This document shows positions 37,089 to 48,618 of a stretch of 64,000 nt of DNA, one piece after another. The position numbers and the translations under genes were made by a program. Each line of letters begins with the position of its first letter. Positions within the stretch are counted from its first letter, which is position 1. The stretch is from assembly GCF_000142905.1 (NCBI RefSeq), contig NW_013657656.1, positions 179,369 through 243,368 of the forward strand. Reading direction: 5' to 3'. Source of the stretch: Thecamonas trahens ATCC 50062. Lineage: Eukaryota > Protista > Apusomonadida. A model generated the notes under the pieces. That model was not told where the DNA came from. It did no database searches and saw only the letters and a list, made by a program, of their open reading frames with translations.

Positions 37089-38517
37089 CTAGAGGAGGAC
37101 GAGGCCGATCTTGGACGGCGTAGTGGGCGCGGTCCGCCAGTTGAAGGTGTAGTACTGGAGGTGGCCGTCTCCCTTGCCAAACTTGAGGTCGGTGAGAAAG
37201 TCGGCATTGTCCATGAGATCGAGGGCGTTGAAGACGTCAAAGCCGGCGCTGTTGGCGAGGATGAGGGCGTCGTTCATGAGGGTCTTGAGCTCGACCGAGG
37301 TGGCAACGTTGTAGTACGAGTAGGCGGCGTTAAGCGTGTTGTACTTGGGGTGGTCGATGATGGTCGACGGCAGCGAGTAGAACGAGCAAAAGTCGGTGAC
37401 GTTGCCGTTGTCGTCGGCGATGACGTACGAGGAGACGACGCCGTCGCGTGGGAGGAGCCAGTGCGCAAACTCCTCGTCGGACATGCGCTGGTAGAGGTCC
37501 ATCGACGTGAGGTAGTTGCGGAGAAGCTCGGCTGCCGAGGGGACGTCGGCAGGCGTCATCGGCCGCAGGCCCTTGAGCACCGGCTCGTTGGGCAGCTTGT
37601 AGAGCCGGATGAGCCGCTTCATGGTCATGTTCGGCTTGAGGTACGAGAACTCGACCTCGACAAGCTTCTTGGGGTTGAGCGACCGATGGTAGTACATGCA
37701 CGACGCGATCGGGCGCGGGAGGACGACGCCAGCCGTGTACACGGCCTGGAAGATTCCCTCGAGGTGGACGCGGCGGGTGATCTCCTGGATGAGTACCGGA
37801 GCAAGGCGCTTGGTCCGCAGCTTCTTGTGGACGCACAGAAAGTTGATCTCCACGTTGGGCACAGACGTGCCGCGGACGTGGATGTCGGCAGGGACGGCCG
37901 AGATGAACGCGAGCAGCGACTTCTTCTTGGTCGAACGGACGCCGAGGTGCCACTGCGGGAGCCATCCAGGCGGCTTGAGTGCCCAGCAGAGGAACTCGCG
38001 CGAGTAGTCGAAGCGGAACATGCAGTCGTCGTCCTCCACGTAGTTCTTGGCCAGCAGGGTGTACACCTCGGTCAGCTGCTCTGGCGCATCGATGTCGATG
38101 ATCGACCACTCAAAACCCGGCGGGAGCTTGTACGGCTCCTGGCGGATCTCCTCGTACTCGGGCACGATCGGCTCGTTGACATCGTCGGGCGTGTCCTCAC
38201 CTACGCACAAAGGGGGGGGGGGGGGTGAGGGGTGAGGGGTGAGGGGGGGGGAGGGGGGGGGAGAGAAGAGAGAGAGAGAGAAATGAGGACGAGGAGAGCG
38301 GCAGGGGGGAGGGGGGGGAGGGGGGGGGGGACGGGTGTGTGCGGAGGGGAAGGAGTGTCTGTGTGGCCTGCCGAGGTGGCGCCCATCGCACCGCCTCTAC
38401 CTCCCCTCGCCCCCCCTCCCCTGCCCTGCCCTGCCCCTCCTTCCTCTTCTCCTACACATACGTACTCAGCTTAGGCACAGGCTGGGTATCCCAGAACTTG
38501 TGCGAGTCGTCCGCCAT
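37089..38517 (-). CDS. NMT1: Glycylpeptide N-tetradecanoyltransferase; exons 38517-38466 and 38200-37089
   Basis: Exon 1 [17 protein letters not shown]; [48 protein letters not shown], terminal GLVLL. Phase-1 GTACGT..TAG intron. Confidence 0.97.
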
Positions 38518-39046
38518 AGTTCCTTCCTCTCTCACAGACGTCGAGATAAGTGGCCCACACTCTCTCCCTCGCTCGCTCCCGTCGCCCGCCCCGCCTCCAC
38601 GACCTCACCCATACTCTTCATCACAGCTAGCATCTCCGGTACAACTACCATCACAGAATGACAGCACATATCCCTCCCTCTCTCCCGATCCCGATCCCCA
38701 CCTTCATGTCACCATCGTCATCCATGCCCCCCCCTCCGTTCCGCATCATGCCCATGGCTGTGCCTGTCCTTGTGACATGGACCACTCACTTTTGATGATC
38801 ATCAGTCAGACAAGGTCGCCACCGTCCTTGCCTCCCCCCCCCCTCCTTTCCCCCCCTCCCCATGCTCACCATCACCATCCACCACCCCTCCCACCCTCCC
38901 ACACCCCATCACCCACATCCGATCCCATCCGATCCCCTTCCCCACACCCACACAACACCACTATCCCTCCCCATCCACCATTCCTTCCACCTGCGATTCG
39001 AAAGACACTACCAACCACAGCGACAGGCACAGGGGGGGAGGGGGGG

Positions 39047-39242
39047 NNNNNNNNNNNNNNNNNNNNNNNNNNNNNNNNNNNNNNNNNNNNNNNNNNNNNN
39101 NNNNNNNNNNNNNNNNNNNNNNNNNNNNNNNNNNNNNNNNNNNNNNNNNNNNNNNNNNNNNNNNNNNNNNNNNNNNNNNNNNNNNNNNNNNNNNNNNNNN
39201 NNNNNNNNNNNNNNNNNNNNNNNNNNNNNNNNNNNNNNNNNN
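39047..39242. other. Assembly gap
   Basis: N-run flanked by G tracts. Confidence 0.99.
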
Positions 39243-39364
39243 TAGGGGGGCAAGGGGCAGGGGTATGGCTACACACACACACCTCCACACCACTACCCTC
39301 ACCGCCACCCCCCTCCCCACAACCACCAGCCTCCCCATCCCCCCTCCCCCCGCCCCCCCCTCCC

Positions 39365-40822
39365 ATGTCTTCCGTACGCACCCCTTCCTCCCTCCCCCCC
39401 TTCCCCCCCTCCCGCCCTCTCCCGCTCTCACCCCCCCTCCCCCCGCACCATCTACAGACATCCACCAGCAACCGCGGTCTACAGGGCTTCTGCGACATCA
39501 GCAACGGCGATCTCTGCCTCAAGGACACAGTCTCTGCCCTCGAGTGGGGCCCGCTCCTCGCCGCAACCACATGGGATGGCTCGCTCCAGCTGGTGAGCTC
39601 CGACCACGCTGCTAACCCGCGTGTCTTGCCGCCTTCCTCCTCGCCCGCAGAGCGGTTCTGCTCGCTCTCGCTCAACTCGCCGCTGCTCTCGCTTGCTTGG
39701 GCAAACTCGCAGGACGCCATCTATGTCGCTGGTGGCCTCGGCTCGGTCATCGCCGTCGATGTGGCGAGAGCAGGCGCTGGAGGAGCGTCGTCGTCGGCGG
39801 CGTCGTCGTCATCGGCGGCAACGGCGGCCGCGGCCGCTGCTGACGGAGGCCCAGCGATGATTACCGGCTCGTCAACGCTCGGCTTGACTCACGGCGGCGT
39901 GTTCAAGGTCCGGACCGACAAGTCCGGAGTCCTCGGCCACTCGGTCATCTCCGCCGACTGGAGCAACACATTGGCGTTTTGGGATCCACGGACCCACGCC
40001 GAGGCTGTGGCATCGGTGGCCGTGCCCGGCACAACCGGAACGCCGCCGGTGGCGAACCAAATGAACGCGCTGTGGAAGCGCGAGTCGATGTCGACCACGA
40101 GTACGTCTCGGACCCGCATGCTGCGGTCGTCGGTGCTGAAGCCGTACGGCACTGTCGCCATCGCCGAGAGCCTCATCGCCATGGACGCGCGCTGGCCTTT
40201 CATCGTCGCCGCCACAGACCAGCGGACTTACATCTACGACATGCGCAATATGTCCGACGTAGTCTGCGCCTCGCCGGGCATCCGCAACAAGCCCTCGGAG
40301 CTGGCCATCTCCTCCAACACAGACGGCTACATCATCGGCTCCATCGGCGGCCGCTGCGCCGTCGAGCCCATGAGCCAAGACAACCGCTCTGCGGCCTTCT
40401 CCTTCAAGTGCCACCGCAACCGCAGTGCCGGCCAGTTCTACGCCATCACCGACATTGCCTTTGATCCCTCCTACCCCACCTTTACCACCGCAGGCTCGGA
40501 TGGCTCCATGCACATCTGGTGCCATCGCTCGCGCCAGCGGCTCCGCAACCTCAACACCCTGCCTGCACCCATCACCGCTGTTGCCTACTCGCCCACAGGC
40601 ACCCACCTTGCCGCCGCTCTCGGCTACGACTGGCACAAGGGCGAGCCGTCTGGCCCCGACCAGGCCTCACTTCCTCGGCCGCGCATCGCCACCATCGAGC
40701 TCAACACCAACTGGCGGACACGGGCTGTCAACAACCAGAGCTGGATCTCCACCCAGGACATCGGCACCTCCAACCGCGTCCACGCAAGCGTCGATCCACC
40801 GTGTCTTGCCTTTGCCTTCTAG
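39365..40822 (+). CDS. RAE1: RAE1/Gle2-like WD40 protein (Rae1/Bub3 family); exons 39365-39373 and 39458-40822
   Basis: DTVSALEW, GSIGGRCAVE, FSFKCHR, TFTTAGSDGS and the Rae1-type GYDWHKG. In-frame 84-nt GTACGC..CAG intron. Confidence 0.78.
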   Translation: MSSVRTPSSLPPFPPSRPLPLSPPLPPHHLQTSTSNRGLQGFCDISNGDLCLKDTVSALEWGPLLAATTWDGSLQLVSSDHAANPRVLPPSSSPAERFCSLSLNSPLLSLAWANSQDAIYVAGGLGSVIAVDVARAGAGGASSSAASSSSAATAAAAAADGGPAMITGSSTLGLTHGGVFKVRTDKSGVLGHSVISADWSNTLAFWDPRTHAEAVASVAVPGTTGTPPVANQMNALWKRESMSTTSTSRTRMLRSSVLKPYGTVAIAESLIAMDARWPFIVAATDQRTYIYDMRNMSDVVCASPGIRNKPSELAISSNTDGYIIGSIGGRCAVEPMSQDNRSAAFSFKCHRNRSAGQFYAITDIAFDPSYPTFTTAGSDGSMHIWCHRSRQRLRNLNTLPAPITAVAYSPTGTHLAAALGYDWHKGEPSGPDQASLPRPRIATIELNTNWRTRAVNNQSWISTQDIGTSNRVHASVDPPCLAFAF

Positions 40823-40915
40823 CCGGCCACCGACCACAGTAAAGTCGCCTGTCAAGCACCGCCGCCGCCACCAGCCGCTGCGCCACCACCTCACCCCCTT
40901 CTTTCGCATGACTGC

Positions 40916-41716
40916 ATGACCGAGCCCACCCCCACAGCCATACTCGACGCCGCCCTCACAGACGTCGACCTCGCGCCGTTTGCACCGCTCCTGGCCGCGC
41001 CCGCCACCGCCACCGCCCTTGCCGTCTCGTTCACCGCCGTGGCCGCCGCAGACCCCGCCGCGGCTGCGGCGGCGCTCTCGCGCTTGCTGCTCGCTGGCGG
41101 CACCCGCAGGCCCGGCAGCGGCGCCGAGGCGGCAACCGAGGCAGTGGCCAAGGCCCGATTGGGGATTGAGGCTCTCGGATGCGGCCTGCTGCAGGGCGAG
41201 GCGTGCGCAACCGCTGTCACCGGCTTTCTCGAGAGCCTCGCCGTCTTGGCCGAGATGGCCGAGGCGACCGGGTGCGAGCTCCAGCTGGCATCGCTGGTCG
41301 CCGGCTTGGAGCTGGCAGTCGACGCCATGGCCCGCCTCGCTCTGGATGCGCGGTCGCCACAATACGATGCCGCGGTTGTGGCGCTCTTTACCTCGCGGCT
41401 AGTGGGATCGCTCTGGGGCGCTAGCGGCGTCCTGCCGCGGCTCACTCGAGGCGGGCGAAGCAAGCTGCTGGCCACCGAGCCGCATCTGGTCGACACGCTT
41501 GTCTCGTGCGCGGTGGTGGCTCTCGCCCGCGGCAGCGGAGGCGCACCCGAGACGTGGCTCGACATCCTCGTTGCGGCGTCAGAAGACATCCCGTGGCTTG
41601 CGCCGCGCATCGGGGCTATGGTCGATGCGCTGTGGTCCGAGGCGGCGTCGCGCGACGCGCCCCAGATTGTTGACTTTCTCACGGCGCTCCGAGCGCTGGC
41701 AAGGTCGGACGCATAG
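40916..41716 (+). CDS. Hypothetical Ala/Leu-rich alpha-helical protein (266 aa)
   Basis: ATG-started ORF with normal codon bias that fills the space between its neighbours; no recognisable motif. Confidence 0.6.
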   Translation: MTEPTPTAILDAALTDVDLAPFAPLLAAPATATALAVSFTAVAAADPAAAAAALSRLLLAGGTRRPGSGAEAATEAVAKARLGIEALGCGLLQGEACATAVTGFLESLAVLAEMAEATGCELQLASLVAGLELAVDAMARLALDARSPQYDAAVVALFTSRLVGSLWGASGVLPRLTRGGRSKLLATEPHLVDTLVSCAVVALARGSGGAPETWLDILVAASEDIPWLAPRIGAMVDALWSEAASRDAPQIVDFLTALRALARSDA

Positions 41717-41723
41717 CTGGAGC

Positions 41724-42662
41724 TCACGGGACGGCCTGGTCGGGAACAACGCCCGAAGCGACGAGCAAACCGACGAGCGCCTCGTAGTTGTCCTCCAGCC
41801 TGCGGTTCGATGCCTCGAGCGCCACGAACCGGGCTAGCATGGCGATCTGGCTCTGGAGCAGCGCCTCCATCTGCTGCAGGCGGTGCGAGTGGCGGGCGCG
41901 GAGGTCGGCGACTTCGACCGAGTCGCGGCGGGTGAGCCGCGGCGAGCCGAGCGGTGCCGCCATGTCGGCGATCTCAGCGCGGACTTCCGCGAGCTGGTTG
42001 TTGAGCACCTCCATCGGCGACGTGCGCGCATGGCTACTTCCATGCCCTAGCACCGCCTTTTCGCGCTCACGCAGCTTCTGTGGAAAGAGCGAGCCGCGAT
42101 GACCCGACCGCGACCGCTGGCCCGACCGCGAGCCCGACCGCGACCGCGACGAGTTTCGGCTCGAGTTGGCTGACGACGTCCCGCTCGTCCGCCCGCGCCG
42201 CTCCGGCACCGCCATCGGCAGGTGGCCGCCGTAGCTGCTCGTTCCGGATGATGACCGCTGTATCAGCCGCGGTGAGAGCATCGGAACAACCGGCGGCGCT
42301 GCTCCGCCGGCTGTCACTGCCTCCAGCGCCTCGCCGCACGGCAGCTCTGAGCTGGAGGACCAGCGCGCGTCGCGCGGCGGGCGTGCCCCCGCCCTGCCAC
42401 CCCGCTTACCACCGCGTCCCCTCAGCCCTCCTCTCGACGGCTCGCCTCCGACGCATTCAGCTGCGGCGCCCGGCCCACCGCGATGGTCAAACACCTTGCG
42501 TTCCTGCTCCTTGCGCTTGGTGATGCGGGCAATGAGCTGCTGGCGGTCCCAGATCGAGTCCCCGGCGTCGCCACCGGCCTCGGCCCCGTCGCCACCGCTG
42601 CCGGCTTTCTCGCCGTCGCCGCCCCCCGCCTCGCCCCGCTTGGTCGAGCCGATGACCCGCAT
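41724..42662 (-). CDS. Hypothetical protein: disordered R/S/G-rich region and C-terminal coiled coil
   Basis: LNNQLAEVRAEIADM...LQQMEALLQSQIAMLARFVALEASNRRLEDNYEALV heptads; start could be 42662 or 42776. Confidence 0.6.
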   Translation of the reverse strand: MRVIGSTKRGEAGGGDGEKAGSGGDGAEAGGDAGDSIWDRQQLIARITKRKEQERKVFDHRGGPGAAAECVGGEPSRGGLRGRGGKRGGRAGARPPRDARWSSSSELPCGEALEAVTAGGAAPPVVPMLSPRLIQRSSSGTSSYGGHLPMAVPERRGRTSGTSSANSSRNSSRSRSGSRSGQRSRSGHRGSLFPQKLREREKAVLGHGSSHARTSPMEVLNNQLAEVRAEIADMAAPLGSPRLTRRDSVEVADLRARHSHRLQQMEALLQSQIAMLARFVALEASNRRLEDNYEALVGLLVASGVVPDQAVP

Positions 42663-43297
42663 GGTCCCGTCGTAGCCATCGACCCGGACCCGGGCACTTG
42701 CCCCGGCTGGCCATGCACCACCACGCGCGTGGGTGAGTCTTTGTGATGTGCAGCCTGCGTACACCACCATTGCCACGCACCGCCAACCTGCTAATCCCTA
42801 TCCCTTGCCAATTCCTTGCCCCGCGATGCGGCGTCGACTGATGCTTTGCCCCGCGATACGTCTGTGTCCGGCGGCTGGCGCGGTGGCGGCGTGGCGTAGT
42901 CTGGCCTCGCCCATCCTGACCCACGCCCGCTCCGCCACCCCCTCCCGCACCCCCGCCACCCCCTCCCCGCCACCCTCCGCCACCCGGCCTGCCGTACGGT
43001 GTAGACTCTTGGCGGGCGAGCTGCGCGGCACCGGAGTAGTCATGCTCACACCGTCCACACACCGCGTGCTGGTGCCCCGAGACAACAACTCTGTTCTGCG
43101 GCCTGGGGGCCAGCGTGGCTGCCAAGTTCGTGCCACTTCGACACGTCCCGCCCCACTCCCCCCCTTGCATCGCGTGTGACAAGCACAGCCACTGACCGAA
43201 CCTTTACATCGAAACAATCGTAGCCGACCAAAGCCCCGCACACATTGTCCTTGCGTTGATGGCGACAGGCCGAGTGCACCAGGTCTCGACTGGATGC

Positions 43298-44922
43298 TCA
43301 GGCGGTGGTCGGATCCCAGACCCGCAGCGGATGGGCCTCGGTGTTGAACACCCACTCGTTGAGTGGGATGACCGAGTCGTCGGTGAAGAGCAGGTAGAGG
43401 TACTTGAGGGTCTCGGCCAGAAAGTACGACGGCTGGGCATCATCCCAGGTGCGGGCCGTGGTGAGCGTCGACTTGAGGCCCGAGTAGCCACCGCTCGGCA
43501 CCTTGCACATCTTCTCGAGAGCGAGAAAGACGGCCCAGCCCATGTCGCGGTACTGCTGGTCGTGTGTCAGACGCCACATGATGAACATCGACTCGACGGT
43601 CTCGGGCCGGAGCAGGTAGTACGGGGCACCGGCAACAAAGTCGTCGCCACCGGCGTTAAAGTTGACAAACTCGGGCGCAATGCCCGACGGCGAGCGCGCG
43701 TAGAGCTGGTGGCAGGTCTCGGTGATGGCGGCACCAAGGGAAAAAACCTCATCGTCGAGCTGGTGGCTCTCGGCGCCGAGCGCGAACATGCCGCCGAGGA
43801 AGCACGCGAGATGATCCATCTTGTGGACGAGGCGATTGCCCATGCGCTCGGCGACGTAGGTGAGGCCCGACTTGGTGCTTCGCGCCACCAAGTGCTGCCG
43901 GATGCCGGCCACGGTCTCGTCGTACATGCGGCGGTACTTGGGCTCGGTCTTGGACGTGAGGAGCCACTGCTTGAGCAGGTACTCGTAGAACGAGTCGCCC
44001 AGTGCGCCGAGCGAGATCTGGTTGGTACGGAAAGTGCCGGTGTCGAGCGAGACATACAGCGGATAGAGCCCGTCGGGCGTCGGGAGAGCATCGAGGAGGT
44101 CAATGACCTTCTCGGCAGCCTTGGCGTACTTGTCGTCGCCTGATCGCTGCGAGAGGACCTTGAACTCGAGCTGCATGGTGCCCATTTCCGAGAGGATGCC
44201 GCCGCCGGCAGCCCATGACTGCGGGCGGCCCTGACCGGTGGCGAGGTCGATGAGCCCATTCGGCAGACCCGTCGGCGTCTTGAATGCTTCCAGCAGCCGG
44301 TTGCCCAGGTCGATGGCCTTCTCCAGGAACACGGCATCGCCCGAGAGGTCGTAGGCCGAGAGCAGGCCGCCGAGCGACCGGATGTTTGTCTCAAAGGTGG
44401 AGACAAAGCCGCGCTTGTCAAACGTCAGCACATCGGCCACCCATCCGCGAGCCTTGGCAAACTCGTCCGAGAGGCCCATGATGTGCAGCGTGGAGAGCGC
44501 GTCGAGCACCGTTGCGCCCGACCCACCGAGCCAGTTGGACGCCGACTTTGAGACCGGCTTGAGATCATCGGCGCCCCATGCATGCTCGACATACCCACCC
44601 CAAGCGTGCTTCATTGCCTCGCGCACCGCCCGCATCTTGTCTGCGTCGGCGCCTGGCCCGGCAACCGCAGACGAGGTCGAGGTGGTGGTATCAGCCGGAG
44701 GGGGAGGACATGGGCATCACGACCGCCACCGTCACCTGCGGCAGCCGAGCCACCTGCACCACCGCCTGTCGGACCTGTGGACGCGAGCGAGGTCGTGGGC
44801 GGGACGGAGACCGGCGAGAGCTCAGGGAGGAAGAGGACGACAGACATACACATGGTGCAGAGGAGACAGAGGGCCACAACCATGAGGGTCGCCGACGACG
44901 GCAATAGTCTCCCTGCGGCCAT
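43298..44922 (-). CDS. MNS1: Class I alpha-1,2-mannosidase (GH47), type II membrane protein; apparent frameshift near 44702
   Basis: HAWGGYVEHAWGADDLKP, FETNIRSLGGLLSAY, GALGDSFYEYLLKQW, YYLLRPETVES, FLAETLKYLYLLF, VFNTEAHP. The signal-anchor and stem lie in the 44611..44922 frame and join if one C is added in a C-run. Confidence 0.93.
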
Positions 44923-45048
44923 GGCGTGGTTTGGGGTATGGTGGTGTTGTGGTGGTGTGGTGTGGGGGATGGGGTGGCGGTGGTGGGGTGGTGGTGTGTG
45001 GGGTGTGAGTGCGACGTGTCACCAAAGTTGGGCGGGAGGGGGGGGGGG

Positions 45049-45148
45049 NNNNNNNNNNNNNNNNNNNNNNNNNNNNNNNNNNNNNNNNNNNNNNNNNNNN
45101 NNNNNNNNNNNNNNNNNNNNNNNNNNNNNNNNNNNNNNNNNNNNNNNN
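45049..45148. other. Assembly gap (exactly 100 N)
   Basis: 100 N after a G-run. Confidence 0.99.
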
Positions 45149-45403
45149 TGACGCCCATCCTCCCCGAACAATCCAAATCCCGCGCGTGCAGGTCAGACTC
45201 ATTATATTCACGACAGACTATATTTAATTTGGTAGAGGGGGGCGAGTGCTGGGCGACAAGCAGAGCGAGAGAGTGAGCGACCTCGCGACCACAAGCCCCG
45301 AGAGTGGCCCCCCCCCCCACTACTATTACCCCCCCCCCACACACAGCACTTTTCTTCTTCCCTTCCCCCCTCCCCCCCCCCCCCCCCCCCCCTCGTCCCT
45401 ATC

Positions 45404-46430
45404 ATGCGGTTCATTTCCCGCCCAACACCCGCGGCTCCACTCTGCCTTGACGGCTACACGGTGTTCATGGTACGCTCTCCTCCTCCTCCTCCTCCTCCTC
45501 CCCCTCCTCCCTCTCGCTCACCCCACCCCTCCACACACACACACACACTCACACACACTCTCTCACACAAACTCAAAACACACACACACACAGCCATCGC
45601 TCTCTATCGGCAACGTGGGCCAGCTGACGGCAGACATCCTCGTGGCATCGCTCGACATGCGGCTGGTCGGCTCGCTCGACACCGATCTGGTCGTTCCTGT
45701 TGTGGGCGCAGACCCGTACCACGCACCGGCGGCATCGGCTGCTGCCGCTGCTGCTGTTGCAGCGACAGCATCAGCTTCTGCGACGCCGGACGCACCCACG
45801 CTGGACGATGTGACAGGAATGGCGTCAGCGCTGGACGTGTATGTGGCCGATGAAGCCCGGGTGGCAGTCATCCAACAGCGGGCGCCGCTGATCAAGGGCA
45901 AGCGCGCTATCTTTGCTACTCGGCTTGTTGGCTGGCTCTCCAAGGCACAGGCAACGGCGCTGGTTTGGCTCCACTCGGCCGACGCGGCGCTGCGACTGGA
46001 GGCTGAGATCGACGATCCGATCCAGCTCCGGTACCAGGCCTCCGAGCCTTTCGGCGTGGCGTCAGGCGCGGCTCTCGCGGCCCTGACCGACGCTGGTGTC
46101 TCCCAACTCACCCGTGATCCCGAGGTTCTTCCGCTTGACGCTGTGCCGACCATTGATCCGGCAACCGTCCGCGACGAGGTCACGCCCTCGCGCTCGGGCC
46201 TGCATGGGCTCTCTGCGCGGGTTTACGACGCCGCGGTCGCGACAGAGCTCCCGGTTCTTGTTGTCCAGGCCTTTGCCGCCGAGGGCGACAACATCCGCGA
46301 CGCCCTTAACATGGCCTCGCTCCTGCACCAGGCGTTTAACTTCCCGCTCACGACCAGCCAGTGGACGGTCCCGCCGTCGTGGGCGCTGCTGTTTGGCGGT
46401 CACATGACCGATCCGACTCTGTTCATGTAG
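45404..46430 (+). CDS. PSMG2: Proteasome assembly chaperone 2; exons 45404-45469 and 45594-46430
   Basis: LDGYTVFM|PSLSIGNVGQLTADILV...VPVVGADPY...IQQRAPL...FAAEGDNIRDA...WTVPPSWALLFG. Phase-0 GTACGC..CAG intron. Confidence 0.9.
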
Positions 46431-46483
46431 TATCTTTCGTGTGCATGCCGGTACAAAGGGATAAACTGCATAGCAAGCTCGAC

Positions 46484-48380
46484 TCAGGCAAAAGCCTCCA
46501 GCTCACCGGCCGACAAGTCACCGAGATCGTCGTCAACTGCCGAGAGCGGAGTGCCCGGCGACGGAAGCGAGGCCCGCCGCGTCGTCGGCACCGCCAGCAG
46601 TGTGTCGGCCATCGACTGCAGCGAGATGCCGAGGTCGTCAAAGAGCTCCGCCACAATCGCCATGTTCTGCGCAATCGTCGCCGCGTCCAGCGTCGGTAGT
46701 CCTAGCACGTCCGAAGTATGGTCGGAGAGCACGATGCGGTCGGTGTCGAGGAGCGAGTGCGAGCCGGTCTTGCGGCCGAGCCGGAGCCGCCCGGTGTTGT
46801 GCGACTGCATGAGCTCGAGCGACTCGTTCAGCTCGCGTGGGTGCGGCGGGAGGCCACCCGGCAGCCGTAGATGGCCGCCCCCTGCCCCGGCTCCAGGCCA
46901 CCCATCACCGCCACCCCCACCGCCGCCACCACCACCGCCTGAGCTCCCACCGCGCGATCCGTGGCCGAGCTCCGAGTTGCGCCGCGCAAGCAGCCGGCGC
47001 GCACGCTCACTCCGGGCCGAACCCCCGCCCGAGTCAATGCCCGAGTCGACACCGTCGGCCGAGAGCTCACCGGGCCGGCGCGCCGGTAGACCTGCGCCGA
47101 GCGGCGGGTACCGGGCCTCGGATGCCAAGGCATCAACCGACGGCACCGACGCGAGCAGAAGCGAGCTCGATGAGCGGGCCAGATCTGATGTCGACGCCTG
47201 CGATGAGCGCGGCACATAGTCCGGGCTTCCGGTCAGCTGGGTAAAGACAAGCCTGAGGGCAAGCGCTGAGTTCGAGGTGCATTCTTGGAGGAGGAACCGC
47301 CGGAGCCGCGGCGGCTGCCCAGGAAGGGCGCCGGACCAACCAATAGCCTCGGCGAGATCGATGTCCACAAGGCCCAGCTTCTTTCGCTGCCGCCCGCCCT
47401 TCAGCTCTTGATGCACCGTCAGCCTGAGCACCTGCGAGTTGAGCGGCTCGGAGAGGTCGCGCGAGGTGAGCGTCGTCACAAACTCAAAGACCTCGCCGTA
47501 CTCGACCCGGTAAGAGTCGATGCGGACCGGCTCGGTCGAGCCCGACGCCGACCGCGAGCCGCCGATCACCTTCCATCCGACAAGGATTGTGGCGTTGATG
47601 AGTGGGACGTCGTTGAGCGAGTCAATTCGCAGCTCCACGTCAAACCGATACTGGCGCTTCTTGCGCTTGCCACCCCCGCTCGCGGCTCCCACCATGGCCA
47701 CCTCCATCTCCGACACCCGATCCTTGGCCTTGGTCTTGGTCTTGGCCTTGCGCCTCTCTTTGACCTTCTTCTCCTCCTTGATCTTGGCCTTTGACTTGTC
47801 TTTCTTGACCTTGACCTTCTTGACCTTGACCTTCTTGACTTTGACCTTCTTGACCACTTCAGCAGAGCGAGGGGAGTCTCCGGCCAGCGGAGCGGGTTCC
47901 GGCTGCATGTGCACACCTTCAGGCACAGCCTCAGGCTCCACCGCTTCTGCAGCAGGATCGAGGTCTCCCACGACCGGATCGACCTCGCCTCTGGCACCCA
48001 CAATCCCGACTAGCGGAGCCTCTACAGTTGCAGCGACAGCAACACGATCGAGTTCCCACCCCACCCGATCCAGACGCCGTCACATCGGGTTCGGGCTCGG
48101 CGGCCACCGTCACAACCATGTCCTCTGCCACAGCCTCCTCCTTTCCTTTGCCCTTGCCCTTGTCCTTCTCCTTACGCACTCGCTTGACCTTCTTCTTCTT
48201 CACCCGAACCCGCCTCGGCGACACACCTTCGACAGCCGCCTCCTGGCTCTCGTCCGCCCCACCTCCACGACGACCGCCACCTTCACCGCGGCCGCTGCCA
48301 CCGCTGCCGCCACTGCCACCGCTGCCACCACTACCGCTACTACTTCCTCCGACATCACCTCGTCTGCGGAACCACGGCAT
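46484..48380 (-). CDS. EEIG1/FAM102-like NT-C2 domain protein with K-rich disordered N-terminus; apparent frameshift near 48056
   Basis: KKRQYRFDVELRIDSLNDVPLINATILVGWK...LRLTVHQELKGGR...KLGLVDIDLAE...RRFLLQE...NSAL is NT-C2-like. N-terminus MPWFRRRG... lies in the 47931..48836 frame. Confidence 0.78.
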
Positions 48381-48618
48381 GGCACGCCAACGTCCACGCC
48401 AACGTCCACGCCCACGCTCACCGTCGTAGTCGAGCGTGCCTCCCTCCCCTTCCCTCCCCCGTTCCCTGTCGCCGTGCCGAAGCCGGCCACCCAGCAGCAG
48501 CCGGCAGCCGTCAGCTGGAAGCCGGTCAACCAAGCCTGTGACCGTGACTCCTCCCAACTCTCCTCTCCCCCCTTCCCCCTCCCTCCCCCCCCCCCCCCCC
48601 CCCCCCTCCACGCCGCCA

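Noticed and set aside
38339-39364. Long Pro/His-rich N-terminus on the RAE1 ORF (similarly 45246, 48436 and 25163 starts)
   Set aside because: Translation of C-rich promoter or intron tracts and N-gaps; better ATGs lie downstream.
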